DNA from: Dendrobates tinctorius
Lineage: Eukaryota
Length of the DNA stretch: 64,000 nt
Direction: 5' to 3'
Assembly: GCF_039654945.1 (NCBI RefSeq)
Contig: NW_027361684.1
Location: 39,556,001-39,620,000, forward strand
The notes below the pieces were generated by a model that was given only the letters and a program-made list of their open reading frames with translations, had not been told where the DNA came from and ran no database searches. Below, in pieces: positions 13,925-25,224 of the stretch. Numbering within the stretch: position 1 is the stretch's first letter; the number at the start of each line of letters is the position of its first letter. A program made the position numbers and the translations under genes.

Positions 13925-14924
13925 TGAAGGTGAAGATTTGTCCCATATTTCTGACTGTAGTGGTCACAGAGGAAGAAAGATAAGCACGTGAGACCAAGGA
14001 TTTATCAAGACGGGAAAAGATGCAGAATGCGAGAATGTCATGGATTTTATTTAATATTTAAGGGGTTATCCAGGACGTAGATTCTGATGCCCCTTCCTTA
14101 AGGCACGTCATCATTATCAGATCGGTGGGCTCCTGCAATCTGCAGCTCCCGCGGCTGCTGGAGTATACTGTAGGGGTCTTTCTCAGGTGATGCAGATACT
14201 GATTTAAATAGGACCTGAATGGGTTTTCTGTGTGGAAAATCCACAGTAATTCCACTATGTGTGGACAAGACCTTACACTCAGTTTACATACGCATCATGA
14301 ACATAAACCATGAAATAGAGTTGGATCCATTAAACAACAAAAATTGATACTTAGAGATGAGTCTCACTAACTTATAGTCAGGATCATAGGATTGAGGGGT
14401 TACATACCTCTGCACCTAGAACTATCCCTCCTGACAAAAACCAAGAAGTTTTTATAGGGGAAATGGAACTGGCCGAGACGCTCATAACGTAACAAGGTAC
14501 AGACGGTGTGCTGTATGTTGGCAGTCTCACGTTGCACTGTTTCATGTAATAACACCTAAAGCACAGTTACATTTGCATTTCTAATCATTTTCAGTCCATG
14601 TGACTACTTGCACACTGCTCAGTATCTTGAAATGCTGGGCTGGTATGAATACGACTCTGCAATGATTGAGATCGTACACAGCTCCAGGAAACTGTCAGAA
14701 AAGGCAGAGGTTTACTACCATTACTGCTTTTCCTGATTGCAGTATACACAGTGCTGAACTAGTGCAATGATACAGTTTCAGAAGCACAGATAGCACCTTG
14801 TCCTCCCTTGCTATTGATAATGTAATCACCAGGTGGTGAAAGGGAGCAGAAGGCACTTGGTCTTGGCAGACCCAGAGCTACTGTGCAGTCTGTCAGTCAG
14901 TCTGAGTTTCAACTGTAACTGTTA

Positions 14925-15630
14925 GGCTATGTGCCCACGTAGCGATTTAATCCGGACAATGAAAACCGGACTCCTTCCCAGAAATCGCGCTTTTTTTCCG
15001 CGAGATTTTACCGCAATTATGTTCGCGAATTTCGCATGCGATATTCAAGCACTTTCCAAGCGATTTGAAGCATCGCTTGGAAAGTGATTGACAGGTTGGT
15101 CACACTGGTCAAACATAGTGTTTGACAAGTGTGAGCAGCTTTTTACTATTGAGGCCGCCTATGCGCACAGGACTTTGCCGCAAGGCATTACTGGGAACGC
15201 TTAGGCCGGGATGGCAGCGCGGGACGTCGGAAGGTAAATATACCCCGATTTTTTTTTTTTTATTTTTTTTTTTATTAACAGGGGTATGGTACCCAGGGCC
15301 TGGAGGACAGTCTCCTCTCCTCCACACCGTGGGTACCGACCGCACATGAGACGCTTAACTTCGCGCATGGTGGGCATAGCCACATGCGGGAAGTAAGCGG
15401 TTCTCATGCACTCCTATGGGTGCAGAATCGTGGCAATTCTTTGCGATTCCGTACAAAAGAATGAGCATGCCGTGATATTTTCCGCGATGCGATTCCGCCG
15501 TGGAAAAAAGCACAGCATGTGCGGAATTCCATAGGAATGCATGGGGTGAGTTCTGTACACGATTTTTAAACGTTTTCGCGCCGAAAATCGCGGCAAAAAC
15601 GCTTAAAAATCGCGTTGTGGGCACACAGCC
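14925..15630. mobile_element. Harbinger-type MITE (same family as 47062-47834 and a partial copy ~53710-54173)
   Basis: TIR ggctatgtgcccac / gtgggcacacagcc; shared internal sequence with the other copies. Confidence 0.8.
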
Positions 15631-16484
15631 TGTTAGGAACGGCGGAACGCACTATATAAAAATGAATAATAAAGTGCGTTCGTCGCTCGGGGTACACCGT
15701 GCAGTAGATGTTACACCGCTGCTAGTTAATGACAGACAAGCAATATGGCGGTATAATGCGCACGGGTTCAACTTCACCCGAAGTGCGCAGAGCGGGCCCT
15801 GTTCACACACAGAGGCGCTGCAGCAAAAACATACAAAAAGGCTGAGCCTGTTAGTGTCACAGGCCTCAGGTAAATGCACACACGGTATCTGGTCACAGGA
15901 GCAGAACCTAAGGCAGAGGAGCTGCGTCCGTCTAGACCTACCGTGTGTGCGGCGTCGCTACTGCGGACACCAAGGAGGGCTGCAACTGCAGCGCGGCGTA
16001 GGACACTGCCGCTCGACGAAAAAGCTAGAAAGCAAGCGCAATGTCGGACGCTAGTGTAGCGGTGTGGTGTGCACAGTGACCTAAGGCTTGCCACTGACGG
16101 GCGCTGACTGCTGAACTAATTCCCTATCCACATGTGTAATATCAGAGGGAAGGGGTTTTATAATGAGTCAGTCACCAGAATCATACATCCGTCACCATTC
16201 ACACATAGCAGTATAATCTATACAAGCGCTTTTTTATAGCCGTGCGGGACCTTCCAGATCTCCGAGATGGACCAATGAGATGTGGAGCAGGACCTGGGCA
16301 CATGACTCCCGATCTCCAATGGGAGATCGTCTCATGAGCATGCCCAGTAGGAGCACAAAAGGACTTAGTCTCTGGAGCGGTCTGCTGCAAAGTAATCTCC
16401 TCTGCAGTAGAAAGACAGCAGGAGACCGCAGAATGTGAGGCTCTGGATTCCTGCAGAGCAGGCGCAATAACCAGACGCCTAACA
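15631..16484. mobile_element. Probable solo LTR
   Basis: tgttagg...cctaaca inverted TG/CA ends, no coding capacity; TSD imperfect (gtaac/gttac, with the MITE in between). Confidence 0.55.
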
Positions 16485-16624
16485 GTTACAAATATGTCAG
16501 CCCCAGTTACAGGGGAAATCGGCAATAACAAAAGGTAATTAAATGATTAAATTTCACTCAAATGCCATTTATGACTTCAAGAGGAGGGGTAAAATGTGTG
16601 ACAGAACACAATTATGCATATATA

Positions 16625-16860
16625 CAGTACAGACCAAAAGTTTGGACACACCTTCTCATTCAAAGCGTTTTATTTTCATGACTATGAAAACTGTAGATTC
16701 ACTCTGAAGGCATCAAAACTATGAATTAACACATGTGGATTTATATAATTAACAAATAAGTGTGAAACAACTGAAAATTTGTCTTATATTCTAGGTTCTT
16801 AAAAGTTGCCACCTTTTGCTTTGATTACTGCACTGCACACTCTTGGCATTTTCTTGTTGT
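16625..16860 (+). mobile_element. Tc1/mariner terminal fragment
   Basis: ta|cagtacagaccaaaagtttggacacacc, a Tc1-like TIR after TA. Confidence 0.7.
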
Positions 16861-17987
16861 CAGCTGCATTTAAATGGATCACACGCACCCTGGGACCCCC
16901 ACCGTAATTGTGGGGTACCAAATGGGTTGCCATGGCAGTCGGGGTCTACTCACGGTGGGATTCTTGGTATTCCTGTAAAGCGCAGCCACGCGCTTCATAG
17001 GAGACATCAATTTCCACAACATATTGCAGTACTGTGGTACTGTAGCATATAGTATAAGCGATCGGATGATCACAGGCCCAAACGGCACGGGGATTAGAAA
17101 ATAACATCTTATCTACCCCCCCAATCGATATCAGAGAAAATGGAAGCTCAGGGGAGAGAAAACAGGCATCACAAGGCTCCACTGAGGAAAATATGAAACA
17201 TTAGGGGTCTTGGAGATGGCTGCATAAACCTATGTTGGCGCTATTGGAATAAATTATTATTAATTTTTATTTTTTTTCACCCCACAAAAAAAACCTATGC
17301 ATGTTTGACACCTCTGTAATCCGAATGACCTGGAGACACTGCTGGGTTATTTTTTCCAATGAAAGTGGTCAAAATAAAACCCAAAAATCAACGGCAGAAT
17401 TGCATTCTTTTTTTTTGCAATGGCACCTGGAATTATCTCCCATTTTCCAGTACATTGTACGGTACAAAGAAAGGTTTCATTCAAAACTACAAATTTTCCC
17501 ACAAAAAGAGAAAGCCCTCATACATCTATACGTCGATGCCGAAATAAAAAAAAAAAAGTAAACAATCGATGGCTCTTGGAAGGAAAGGAAAAAACAAAAG
17601 CGTAGAAGTAAAATGCTGTCGTGGAGGGGTTAAAAAGCACATGTACAAAAATGGGGCAGATCATGAAGGAAATGACCATGGGGGCTGGAACTGAACTGGT
17701 TAAATAAAAGTGATTGAGATTTAAAAAAAAAAAAAAAGAGCCCTCACCTATTAGTCAGTGAACACATAGCAGCGCCCCCCACACTGAGCCCCGGCAGCTC
17801 GGGCGCCCTCTGCTGGGTATGTGCACTGGGGCCCGTAGGTCAGACATGCTGACGGTTTCCCTCCCATGGGGCACAGCACACAGGAGAAGTTGCACTGACT
17901 GAGGGGGCGTGTTGCCCGGCGTGCCTCACATGCGGACCACACCACTCACTAACTGGAAAGTAACCACCATTATCGGTCCTAACGTAC

Positions 17988-18072
17988 CTCGGGCTACAGG
18001 GCCGTCGTTGGCTGCAAGCTGCTCCCGTAATTCGGAGGCAGAAATCCTCACCCTCTCTAACGTCGCCGCCAT
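17988..18072 (-). CDS. smg6: SMG6 coding exon 1
   Basis: aagATGG start; MAATLERVRISASELREQLAANDGPVAR; G|gtacgt donor, phase 1 matches exon 2. Confidence 0.92.
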
Positions 18073-18311
18073 CTTCCCAGCGACCGCCAGGAATCAAAAC
18101 AAGACCCGAAGAGTACAACAACGGCGAGCGAGCAGGGCCAAGCCAGAGCTGGCTTCCGCTGTACGGAACGATCAGCAGACGTCACTGTACGGACTGTCAA
18201 ACAGGCGTCAACCCGGCGGCCATCATGCTGTACGGAAAGCGTCAAAGGTCGCTAGAAAATGGCATGCGCAGTTGTTGCTGCTCGGTGCATTAGTTCTACT
18301 GCAGTTGTGAG
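18060..18311. promoter_or_regulatory. Bidirectional CpG-rich promoter shared by smg6 and srr
   Basis: Head-to-head genes; YY1 motif (aagatggcggc, - strand, 18065-18075) overlapping smg6 ATG; CRE-like gacgtca ~18178; ETS-like cttccg; NRF1-like gcatgcgca 18262-18270. Confidence 0.7.
18259..18311 (+). CDS. srr: Putative srr exon 1 with in-frame ATG (N-terminal extension MACAVVAARCISSTAVVR); may instead be 5' UTR
   Basis: aaaATGG, 53 nt to gag|gtgaga donor; splicing to tag|G ATG at 19777 is in frame. Confidence 0.5.
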
Positions 18312-18544
18312 GTGAGACTGTAGAGTTGTGGACACGTTATATTGTACTGTGCCATTGTTTTTTAGGCAATATAGAGTTTCTTCTGACTAGTTTACTTTCT
18401 ATACATAAGTATATGTGCAGCAGGGTGACAACCAATATGGCTGCATCTCAGCTCTACACTGGTTGTCACATAATGTTGTCAGATTTTATAATAGTAAATG
18501 CACTTAGTTGTGCAGCCGTACACCGCTGGCTAACCGGACATTGT

Positions 18545-19143
18545 AGCGCTGGATGGGGTTGCGCCGTTGCAGAGCGCTGGAGGGGGTTTGCGCCGTTGCA
18601 GAGCGCTGGAGGGGGGTTTGCGCCGGGGCAGAGCGCTGGAGGGGGGTTTGCGCCGGGGCAGAGCGCTGGAGGGGGGTTTGCGCCGGGGCAGAGCGCTGGA
18701 GGGGGGTTTGCGCCGGGGCAGGGCGCTGGAGGGGGGTTTGCGCCGGGGCAGGGCGCTGGAGGGGGGTTTGCGCCGGGGCAGGGCGCTGGAGGGGGGTTTG
18801 CGCCGGGGCAGAGCGCTGGAGGGGGGTTTGCGCCGGGGCAGAGCGCTGGAGGGGGGTTTGCGCCGGGGCAGGGCGCTGGAGGGGGGTTTGCGCCGGGGCA
18901 GGGCGCTGGAGGGGGGTTTGCGCCGGGGCAGGGCGCTGGAGGGGGGTTTGCGCCGGGGCAGGGCGCTGGAGGGGGGTTTGCGCCGGGGCAGGGCGCTAGA
19001 GGGGGGTTTGCGCCGGGGCAGGGCGCTAGAGGGGGGTTTGCGCCGGGCGCTAGAGGGGGGGTTGCGCCGTTGCAGAGCGCTGGAGGGGGTTTGCGCCGGG
19101 GCAGAGCGCTGGAGGGGGGGTTGCGCCGTTGCAGAGCGCTGGA
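18545..19143. repeat. 30-bp G-rich minisatellite, ~19 copies
   Basis: gcgccggggcagagcgctggaggggggttt repeated; produces spurious repetitive ORFs. Confidence 0.95.
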
Positions 19144-19777
19144 GTTGGTTGGCCGACCTGATGCTGGTGGGATCCATATTGGTTATATAAGTGTCGTCAG
19201 TAATTAGTGACTTTGGACATGACGCAGGCGACACTGCCAGAATTCCAAACTTCATGTCATTGTTACTCTGCAGGCTGCAGCACAATATATGTGATTAGGG
19301 GGGCTTTGCCACTTCTACACACAAGTTGCAAAAACAAAAAAGTAACTGGGTTGGATTTTTGTGACTTGCTTGTGACAGTGATGTAATATATGGAAGACAC
19401 AAAATACATGAAAGGAACGTTCAGTGCAACGTGAAGCGACTTTTATTATTAGTGCCTGTGCATAAGTCTGGAAGGAGCTCCACCAAAAATGCAGAGTAAC
19501 ATACTTCAGTTGCTGATTAGGTTCATCATCCCATCATGCCAACACGCGTTTTGCCCTGCTTCATCTTTGAGCCTCTGCACGGTGCAGATTTATTGCAGTT
19601 TTCCATGTTTTTTGGTTTGTTTTTCCGTTTGTATATCAGGAGGATAATTCACCCCATATTACCATATATTATTTGACATCACTGTGGCTTTTATTACTTG
19701 TGTAAGGCTATTAGATGGCCATTGCATAACAGTTTTACTGCAGAGATTTACAGTGACATTTTATTTTCTCTTTTAGG

Positions 19778-19948
19778 ATGATGACTCCCTCATATTGTGT
19801 GACATTAAAAGATGTGCAAGAAGCTCAGAGAAGGATCCAAGGCTTTGTCCATTCTACCCCAGTAATGACATGTTCCAGTCTGGATGCACTCGCTGCACGC
19901 AAGTTATTCTTTAAATGTGAATTACTGCAGAAGACAGGCTCTTTCAAG
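19778..19948 (+). CDS. srr: Serine racemase coding exon
   Basis: MMTPSYCVTLKDVQEAQRRIQGFVHSTPVMT...FKCELLQKTGSFK|gtaatc. Confidence 0.95.
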
Positions 19949-21012
19949 GTAATCTGATTTGCCTTTCATGATATTAAAGGGAAACTGTTCCGAAAAGCAA
20001 AGTTCTTTTCAGGTTATTTACTATGAAGTCTTCCAGATCGTCTCCTCACAGCAAACCACCTTCAGCAAATCCTGCTAGAGAATGCAGCCATTGTCCATAC
20101 AATTGCACTAGAGAAATGCAGTACTAGATGTCAGCTATTCATAAGACCTCATATTACTGTACATATAGGGGCATGTGACTCAATGAGAAAACCCCAGAAA
20201 CAAATCGTGATCAGATAATCAGGCTTGCGTGACCATATATTGTTCCTGGATGACCGAGCCACAAATGGGAGATAGGAGGTGAGAATATATGAAGGGAAAA
20301 GACTTGTCTGGGCTTATGGAGAACATTTTGATTATAACTGTAGACAGGTAAATGGACTGTCACAGTTCAGCAAGTTACTGCGTGTACATAAGATGGATGA
20401 TAACCTGGTAATTGCTGGGAATCCGGGTGCTGGCTATCTGCAGCAGTCCCATAGATAATGACTGGGGCCATGGCACGACTGTGCAATCCTTCATTCCATT
20501 CAAATGGGGCACTTCAATGCCCCAAAGATCAGCACGTTATTACCTATTCTGTGGATAAGGGAGAACTTGCTAAGTTGGGACAACCCGTTTAATGGAGCAG
20601 TATGTTCACTAACATTTCATTCACATGGGGGACTTTGGGCCCCCCATGCTTGGGATCAGTGTGTGACACATGATGCAGTTACAATCACGAATAAGGTCGA
20701 AACCCGAACAAATTGTACGAACAATAAACCAAAGGAGAAGGTGCATTTGCCAGAAAGGCTTCTGAAAATTTGTTTCATGGATGCCATGTTTTTTTAATGT
20801 AATGTTAAAGGACAGTGAAAAAGTCTGTGACATAAGAGAGTGGAAGGGTTGAGGTCTCATTCCCTGAAGAATGCAAAACAGAAGCCGCGGAGACACCATC
20901 ACGTGTTTCTCAACGCAAGCAATGACCAGCCAGGTCTTTGCCCGGGAAGGAACAACCACGGGAAGGGCAGTCTCCAATGAAGGAAACCACCTATGCCAAA
21001 ACATGGTATCCA

Positions 21013-21056
21013 TCCACATACAGCTGTTTTGGGGTATTGCCCCTCATCAGTGTGGA
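21013..21056 (-). ncRNA. Type I minimal hammerhead ribozyme copy with G12-to-A change (probably inactive)
   Basis: Reverse complement tccacaCTGATGAggggcaataccccAAAACagctGTAtgtgga. Confidence 0.65.
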
Positions 21057-22100
21057 GTAGGAAACTGGCTGGTAGGAGCAATGCCTAGTAAAAAGACTAT
21101 ATGAAGAGGAGGATGAATGAACTCATGGAGATCAACATCCGACACTGCGGAGACACCATCACGTGTTTCTCAACGCAGTGATTCTAGAGCACTGCCCCCA
21201 TCTCCATGAGTTCATTCATCCTCCTCTTCATAGTCTTTTTACTAGGCATTGCTCCTACCATATCTCAATTTCTGCCACAAATTTGTGCAGACATAACAAA
21301 GGCAAATAGGCAAAAAATAGATGAATCAATAAAACCAATCATTTATTAATAAATTTCATAAAATTCTTTTTTACAAGGAAATTTCTAAAAAAAAGGGAGT
21401 ACAAATGTAATGATAGATGCTCACAGAATTAAGCTTTATGCAACATAATCACAGAATGTTTTTTTCTTTTCTTTTTTAAATTTTTTTACATACAAATTAT
21501 CTCCAAATAGTGTTTATTTCTTAAGCATAAATTCATAAGCTATATTTATATAAACTTCTGCCTAAATATTTTTAGGGAAAGGCCCAATAGTTCTAAAAGC
21601 AGAAGAAACACATCTTTGATTAAATAGTGTGAAATACACACTGCTGAAGGTAAATAACAATTGGGTTTAACTCCCTATACTATGTGTATACCATGATAAT
21701 CAAAGACAAGGCTAACTAATCCTTAATGGAGTAATCACAATGCATAAATGCTCAGATAGTAGCGACTTTTGTTCTCAATGTTTCTCTGATTAATTACAAA
21801 TACTTATAAACAAAAATGCATAAGCTTACTTGATTGTGTAAATATGTATCTAATTGTTGTAACAAAGGAACAACCTAACTGTGTGTGCGACAGAGAAAAT
21901 TTCTCCTTAATGTGAATATATCCAATGCCTAGTGCAGAGAACTACAGGTTAATCATGTGTCCTGCTTAATATGCCAGCTATACTGATTCAATTTGAAATA
22001 AGCTATTCCTGCATGATGTAACAATGCAATCCTGTTTGCAATTATACAACAACTTGCATGTATAAAAATTCTGCGGCTCTCTCATACACGTGTCTGGTTA

Positions 22101-22366
22101 GGCCTCTTTCACACTTCCGTTTTTTACAATCAGTCACAATCCGCCAGGTTTTGAAAAAAAACGGATCCTCAATTTTTTTTTGAGGATCCGTTTTTTTCCC
22201 ATTGACTTGCATTAATGGCGGATTGTGACGGATTGATGTCCGTTGCATCCGTTTTCTGTGAGGATCCGCCAAAAGTTGCTGTCCGTCACCATCCTCTAAA
22301 ATTTAAAAACGGAGCTTGTAACGTTTTTTTCCTCTGGCGGATCCTGCAAACACTGATTTAACTCTC

Positions 22367-22404
<38 letters not shown>

Positions 22405-22551
22405 CAGCGATTCCTTTAAATTTCTTCATTTTCAGGATCCGTCTGAAAACGGATCCTGTGCCATCCGTTCACATCAGTTGAGAACGGATCCGCTTGTCCG
22501 CCTTTTTGGCGGATTATAACTGATGCAAAAAACTGAAGTGTGAAAGAGGCC
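22101..22551. mobile_element. Harbinger-type MITE with internal (TC)n (same family as 62258-62651)
   Basis: tta|ggcctctttcacact...agtgtgaaagaggcc|tta. Confidence 0.85.
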
Positions 22552-22722
22552 TTACCCCGACAGCGCCGTTTCGCCATACTGGCTTCCTCAATAGGGGGCG
22601 CCTTTGTTATGTCTGCACAAATTTGTGGCAGAAATTGAGATATAATATGCTGAATTGAGGTGGCTATTAGTTTTGAACTATTTTGTTATGTATAAAATTG
22701 CTCCTACCAGCCAGTTTCCTAC

Positions 22723-22766
22723 TCCACACTGATGAGGGGCAATACCCCGAAACAGCTGTATGTGGA
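22723..22766 (+). ncRNA. Type I minimal hammerhead ribozyme
   Basis: tccaca-CTGATGA-gggg(caata)cccc-GAAAC-agct-GTA-tgtgga; intact core, stems I and II, palindromic minimal stem III. Confidence 0.8.
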
Positions 22767-23238
22767 TGGATACCATGTTTTGGCATAGGTGGTTTCCTTC
22801 ATTGGAGACTGCCCTTCCCGTGGTTGTTCCTTCCCGGGCAAAGACCTGGCTGGTCATTGCTTGCGTTGAGAAACACGTGATGGTGTCTCCGCGGCTTCTG
22901 TTTTGCATGTTTTACATATTTCCCATAAGGGATGGGGGCAGTGCTCTAGAATCACTGCGTTGAGAAACACGTGATGGTGTCTCCGCAGTGTTGGATGTTG
23001 ATCTCCATGAGTTCATTCCCTGAAGAATGTCCACAAGGTTGTGCTATGTGTAACTGTTAAAATTCAGTCACAATTGTCATATGAAGGGGAACTGTTCAGG
23101 AGAGCGCAGTTCAGAGCCCAACCATTTCCGAAGTCTGTGTGGCTTTATGTCCCAAATGTGTAAGAAAAGGGTAGAGGAGAAAGAGGAGGAGCACTTGGAA
23201 ACTGAAATGTTAGAGTAATTTATGAACAATATACAAAA

Positions 23239-23572
23239 CTAGATGGTGGCCCGATTCTATCGCATCGGGTATTCTTGAATCTCTGTTAAAATAAAAAATA
23301 GTGATATACTCGCCTCCCGATGGCCCCCGGACTCTTTTTCTCTCCTCTTACCACACTCCCGGCATCTTCCGGTCCCAGTAATGCTTAGCGCGAAACACCG
23401 CTGATGACGTCGCGTTCTCTGGCCCTTCTCGCTAAGCATTACTGGGACCGGAAGATGCCGGGAGCGTGGTGAGAGGAGGTCCGGGGGTCGTCGGAAGGTG
23501 AGTATATAACTATTTTTTATTTTAATAGAGACTCTAGAATACCCGATGCGATAGAATCGGGCCACCATCTAG
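23239..23572. mobile_element. Foldback MITE with ctag termini
   Basis: ctagatggtggcccgattctatcgcatcgggtattct / agaatacccgatgcgatagaatcgggccaccatctag inverted arms. Confidence 0.75.
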
Positions 23573-24675
23573 TGTATTATACTCCTGTTACACACGGAGC
23601 TGCTGTCACTGTTCTGCTGTTACCTAATGTATTGTACTTCAGTTACAGCCAGAGCTGCAGTCACCGTTCTGCTCTTACCTAATGTATTATACTCCTGTTA
23701 CAGCCAGAGCTGCAGTTACTATTCAGATCTTGCCAAATGTGTTGTACTCAAGTTACACCCAGAGCTGCAGTCACTGTTCTGCTGTTACCTAATGTATTGT
23801 ACTCCAATTACACCCAGAGCTGCTGTCACTGTTCTGCTGTTATCTAATATATTGTACTCCAGTTAATCCCAGAGCTGCAGTCACTATTCTGCTTTTACCT
23901 AATATATTGTAGTCCAGTTACACCCAGAGCTGCTGTCACTGTTCTGCTGTTACCTAATGTAGTGTACTCCAGTTACACCCAGAGCTGCTGTCACTGTTCT
24001 GCTGTTATCTAATATATTGTAGTCCAGTTACACCCAGAGCTGCAGTCACTGTTCTGCTGTTACCTAATGTATTGTACTCCAGTTACACCCAGAGCTGCTG
24101 TCATCTAATGTATTGTACTCCAGTTAATCCCAGAGCTGCAGTCACTGTTGTGCTTTTACCTAATGTATTGTAGTCCAGTTACACCCAGAGCTGCAGTCAC
24201 CGTTCTGCTATTACCTAATGTATTGTACTCCAGTTACACCCAGATCTGCAGTCACTGTTCTGCTGTTACCTAATGTAGTGTAGTCCAGTTACACCCAGAT
24301 CTGCAGTCACTGTTCTGCTGTTACCTAATGTAGTGTAGTCCAGTTACACCCAGATCTGCAGTCACTGTTCTGCTGTTACCTAATGTAGTGTACTCCAGTT
24401 ACACCCAGAGTTGCAGTCACCGTTCTGCTGTTACCTAATGTAGTGTAGTCCAGTTACACCCAGATCTGCAGTCACTGTTCTGCTGTTGTAGTGTACTCCA
24501 GTTACACCCAGAGTTGCAGTCACTGTTCTGCTGTTACTTAATGTAGTGTACTCCAGTTACACCCAGAGTTGCAGTCACCGTTCTGCTGTTACCTAATGTA
24601 TTGTACGCAAGTTACACCCAGAGCTGCAGTCACTGTTCTACTGTTACCTAATTACCTAATGTATTGTACTCCAGC
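23573..24675. repeat. Minisatellite, ~55 bp unit, ~20 copies
   Basis: gtattgtactccagttacacccagagctgcagtcactgttctgctgttacctaat repeated. Confidence 0.92.
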
Positions 24676-24877
24676 ATATGTACAGGACTGTGCCTGTGTA
24701 ATGAGCAACGCAGCAGTGATGCCTTTAACGGCTGTAATGTGCCTGTACAATAAGCAAAGAAAGAACACCGTGAGAACAACAAAAGATGGTGCTAAGGTTA
24801 GGTTCCCAAACCGTTAAAGCAACAAATATGAACCTAGCACTCAACTTAAAGGTATTTGTAAGGCGGTTTATTGTAGT

Positions 24878-24925
24878 ACACGAAAAAAGACGTTTCGGTC
24901 AATGTGACCTTCTTCAGTTACGTGT
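24878..24925 (-). ncRNA. Minimal hammerhead motif in a Penelope-like terminal fragment
   Basis: Reverse complement acacgtaaCTGAAGAaggtca(cat)tgaccGAAACGTCttttttcgtgt, followed by AATAAA and ttgagtgc. Confidence 0.65.
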
Positions 24926-25109
24926 GGTATATAGATTGTGTAGCGCTTATAGGCATCTATCAGAAAGGACGATGGTTCTGTAGGCATTGAGGAGAATGAT
25001 CTCTCTAAGGTAATGAGCTTGTCAATATATAAGAGCGGGGCAAACGTGCCTCCAGATGCGTATACTTAATATTGTATATCCATATAATTTGTATTCTTTT
25101 ATTTTTCAG

Positions 25110-25224
25110 ATTCGGGGGGCAATAAATGCTGTTAAGAGTTTACGGTCAGATAAATGTACTGCGGTTGTGACTCACAGCAGTGGTAACCATGGACAGGCAT
25201 TGGCTTTGGCAGCGCAAATTATGG
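25110..25224 (+). CDS. srr: Serine racemase coding exon
   Basis: ttcag|IRGAINAVKSL...THSSGNHGQALALAAQIMG|gtagtt. Confidence 0.95.

Larger units (their letters stand above)
4803..18072 (-). other. smg6: smg6 gene span visible in window (coding exons 1-3; gene continues leftwards)
   Basis: Spliced N-terminus MAATLERVRISASELRE...ETVKEMKEPRQRKDNRRPDIEIYKPGLSRLRNKPK matches vertebrate SMG6; consistent GT-AG phases; synteny with srr and tsr1. Confidence 0.95.
20874..23012. mobile_element. Non-autonomous Penelope-like element with inverted terminal blocks and hammerhead ribozymes
   Basis: 17-bp direct repeat tcattccctgaagaatg at 20857-20873 and 23013-23029; ~20871-21080 is inverted at ~22700-22908; hammerhead cores; no long ORF. 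Confidence 0.7.

Noticed and set aside
18326-19285. Long ORFs in several frames (GGGFAPGQGA, RRKPPSSALP repeats)
   Set aside because: Stop-free 30-bp minisatellite within an intron; no evidence of coding
23573-24675. Regular repeats superficially like a CRISPR array
   Set aside because: Head-to-tail tandem units with no unique spacers; eukaryotic intron; no cas genes
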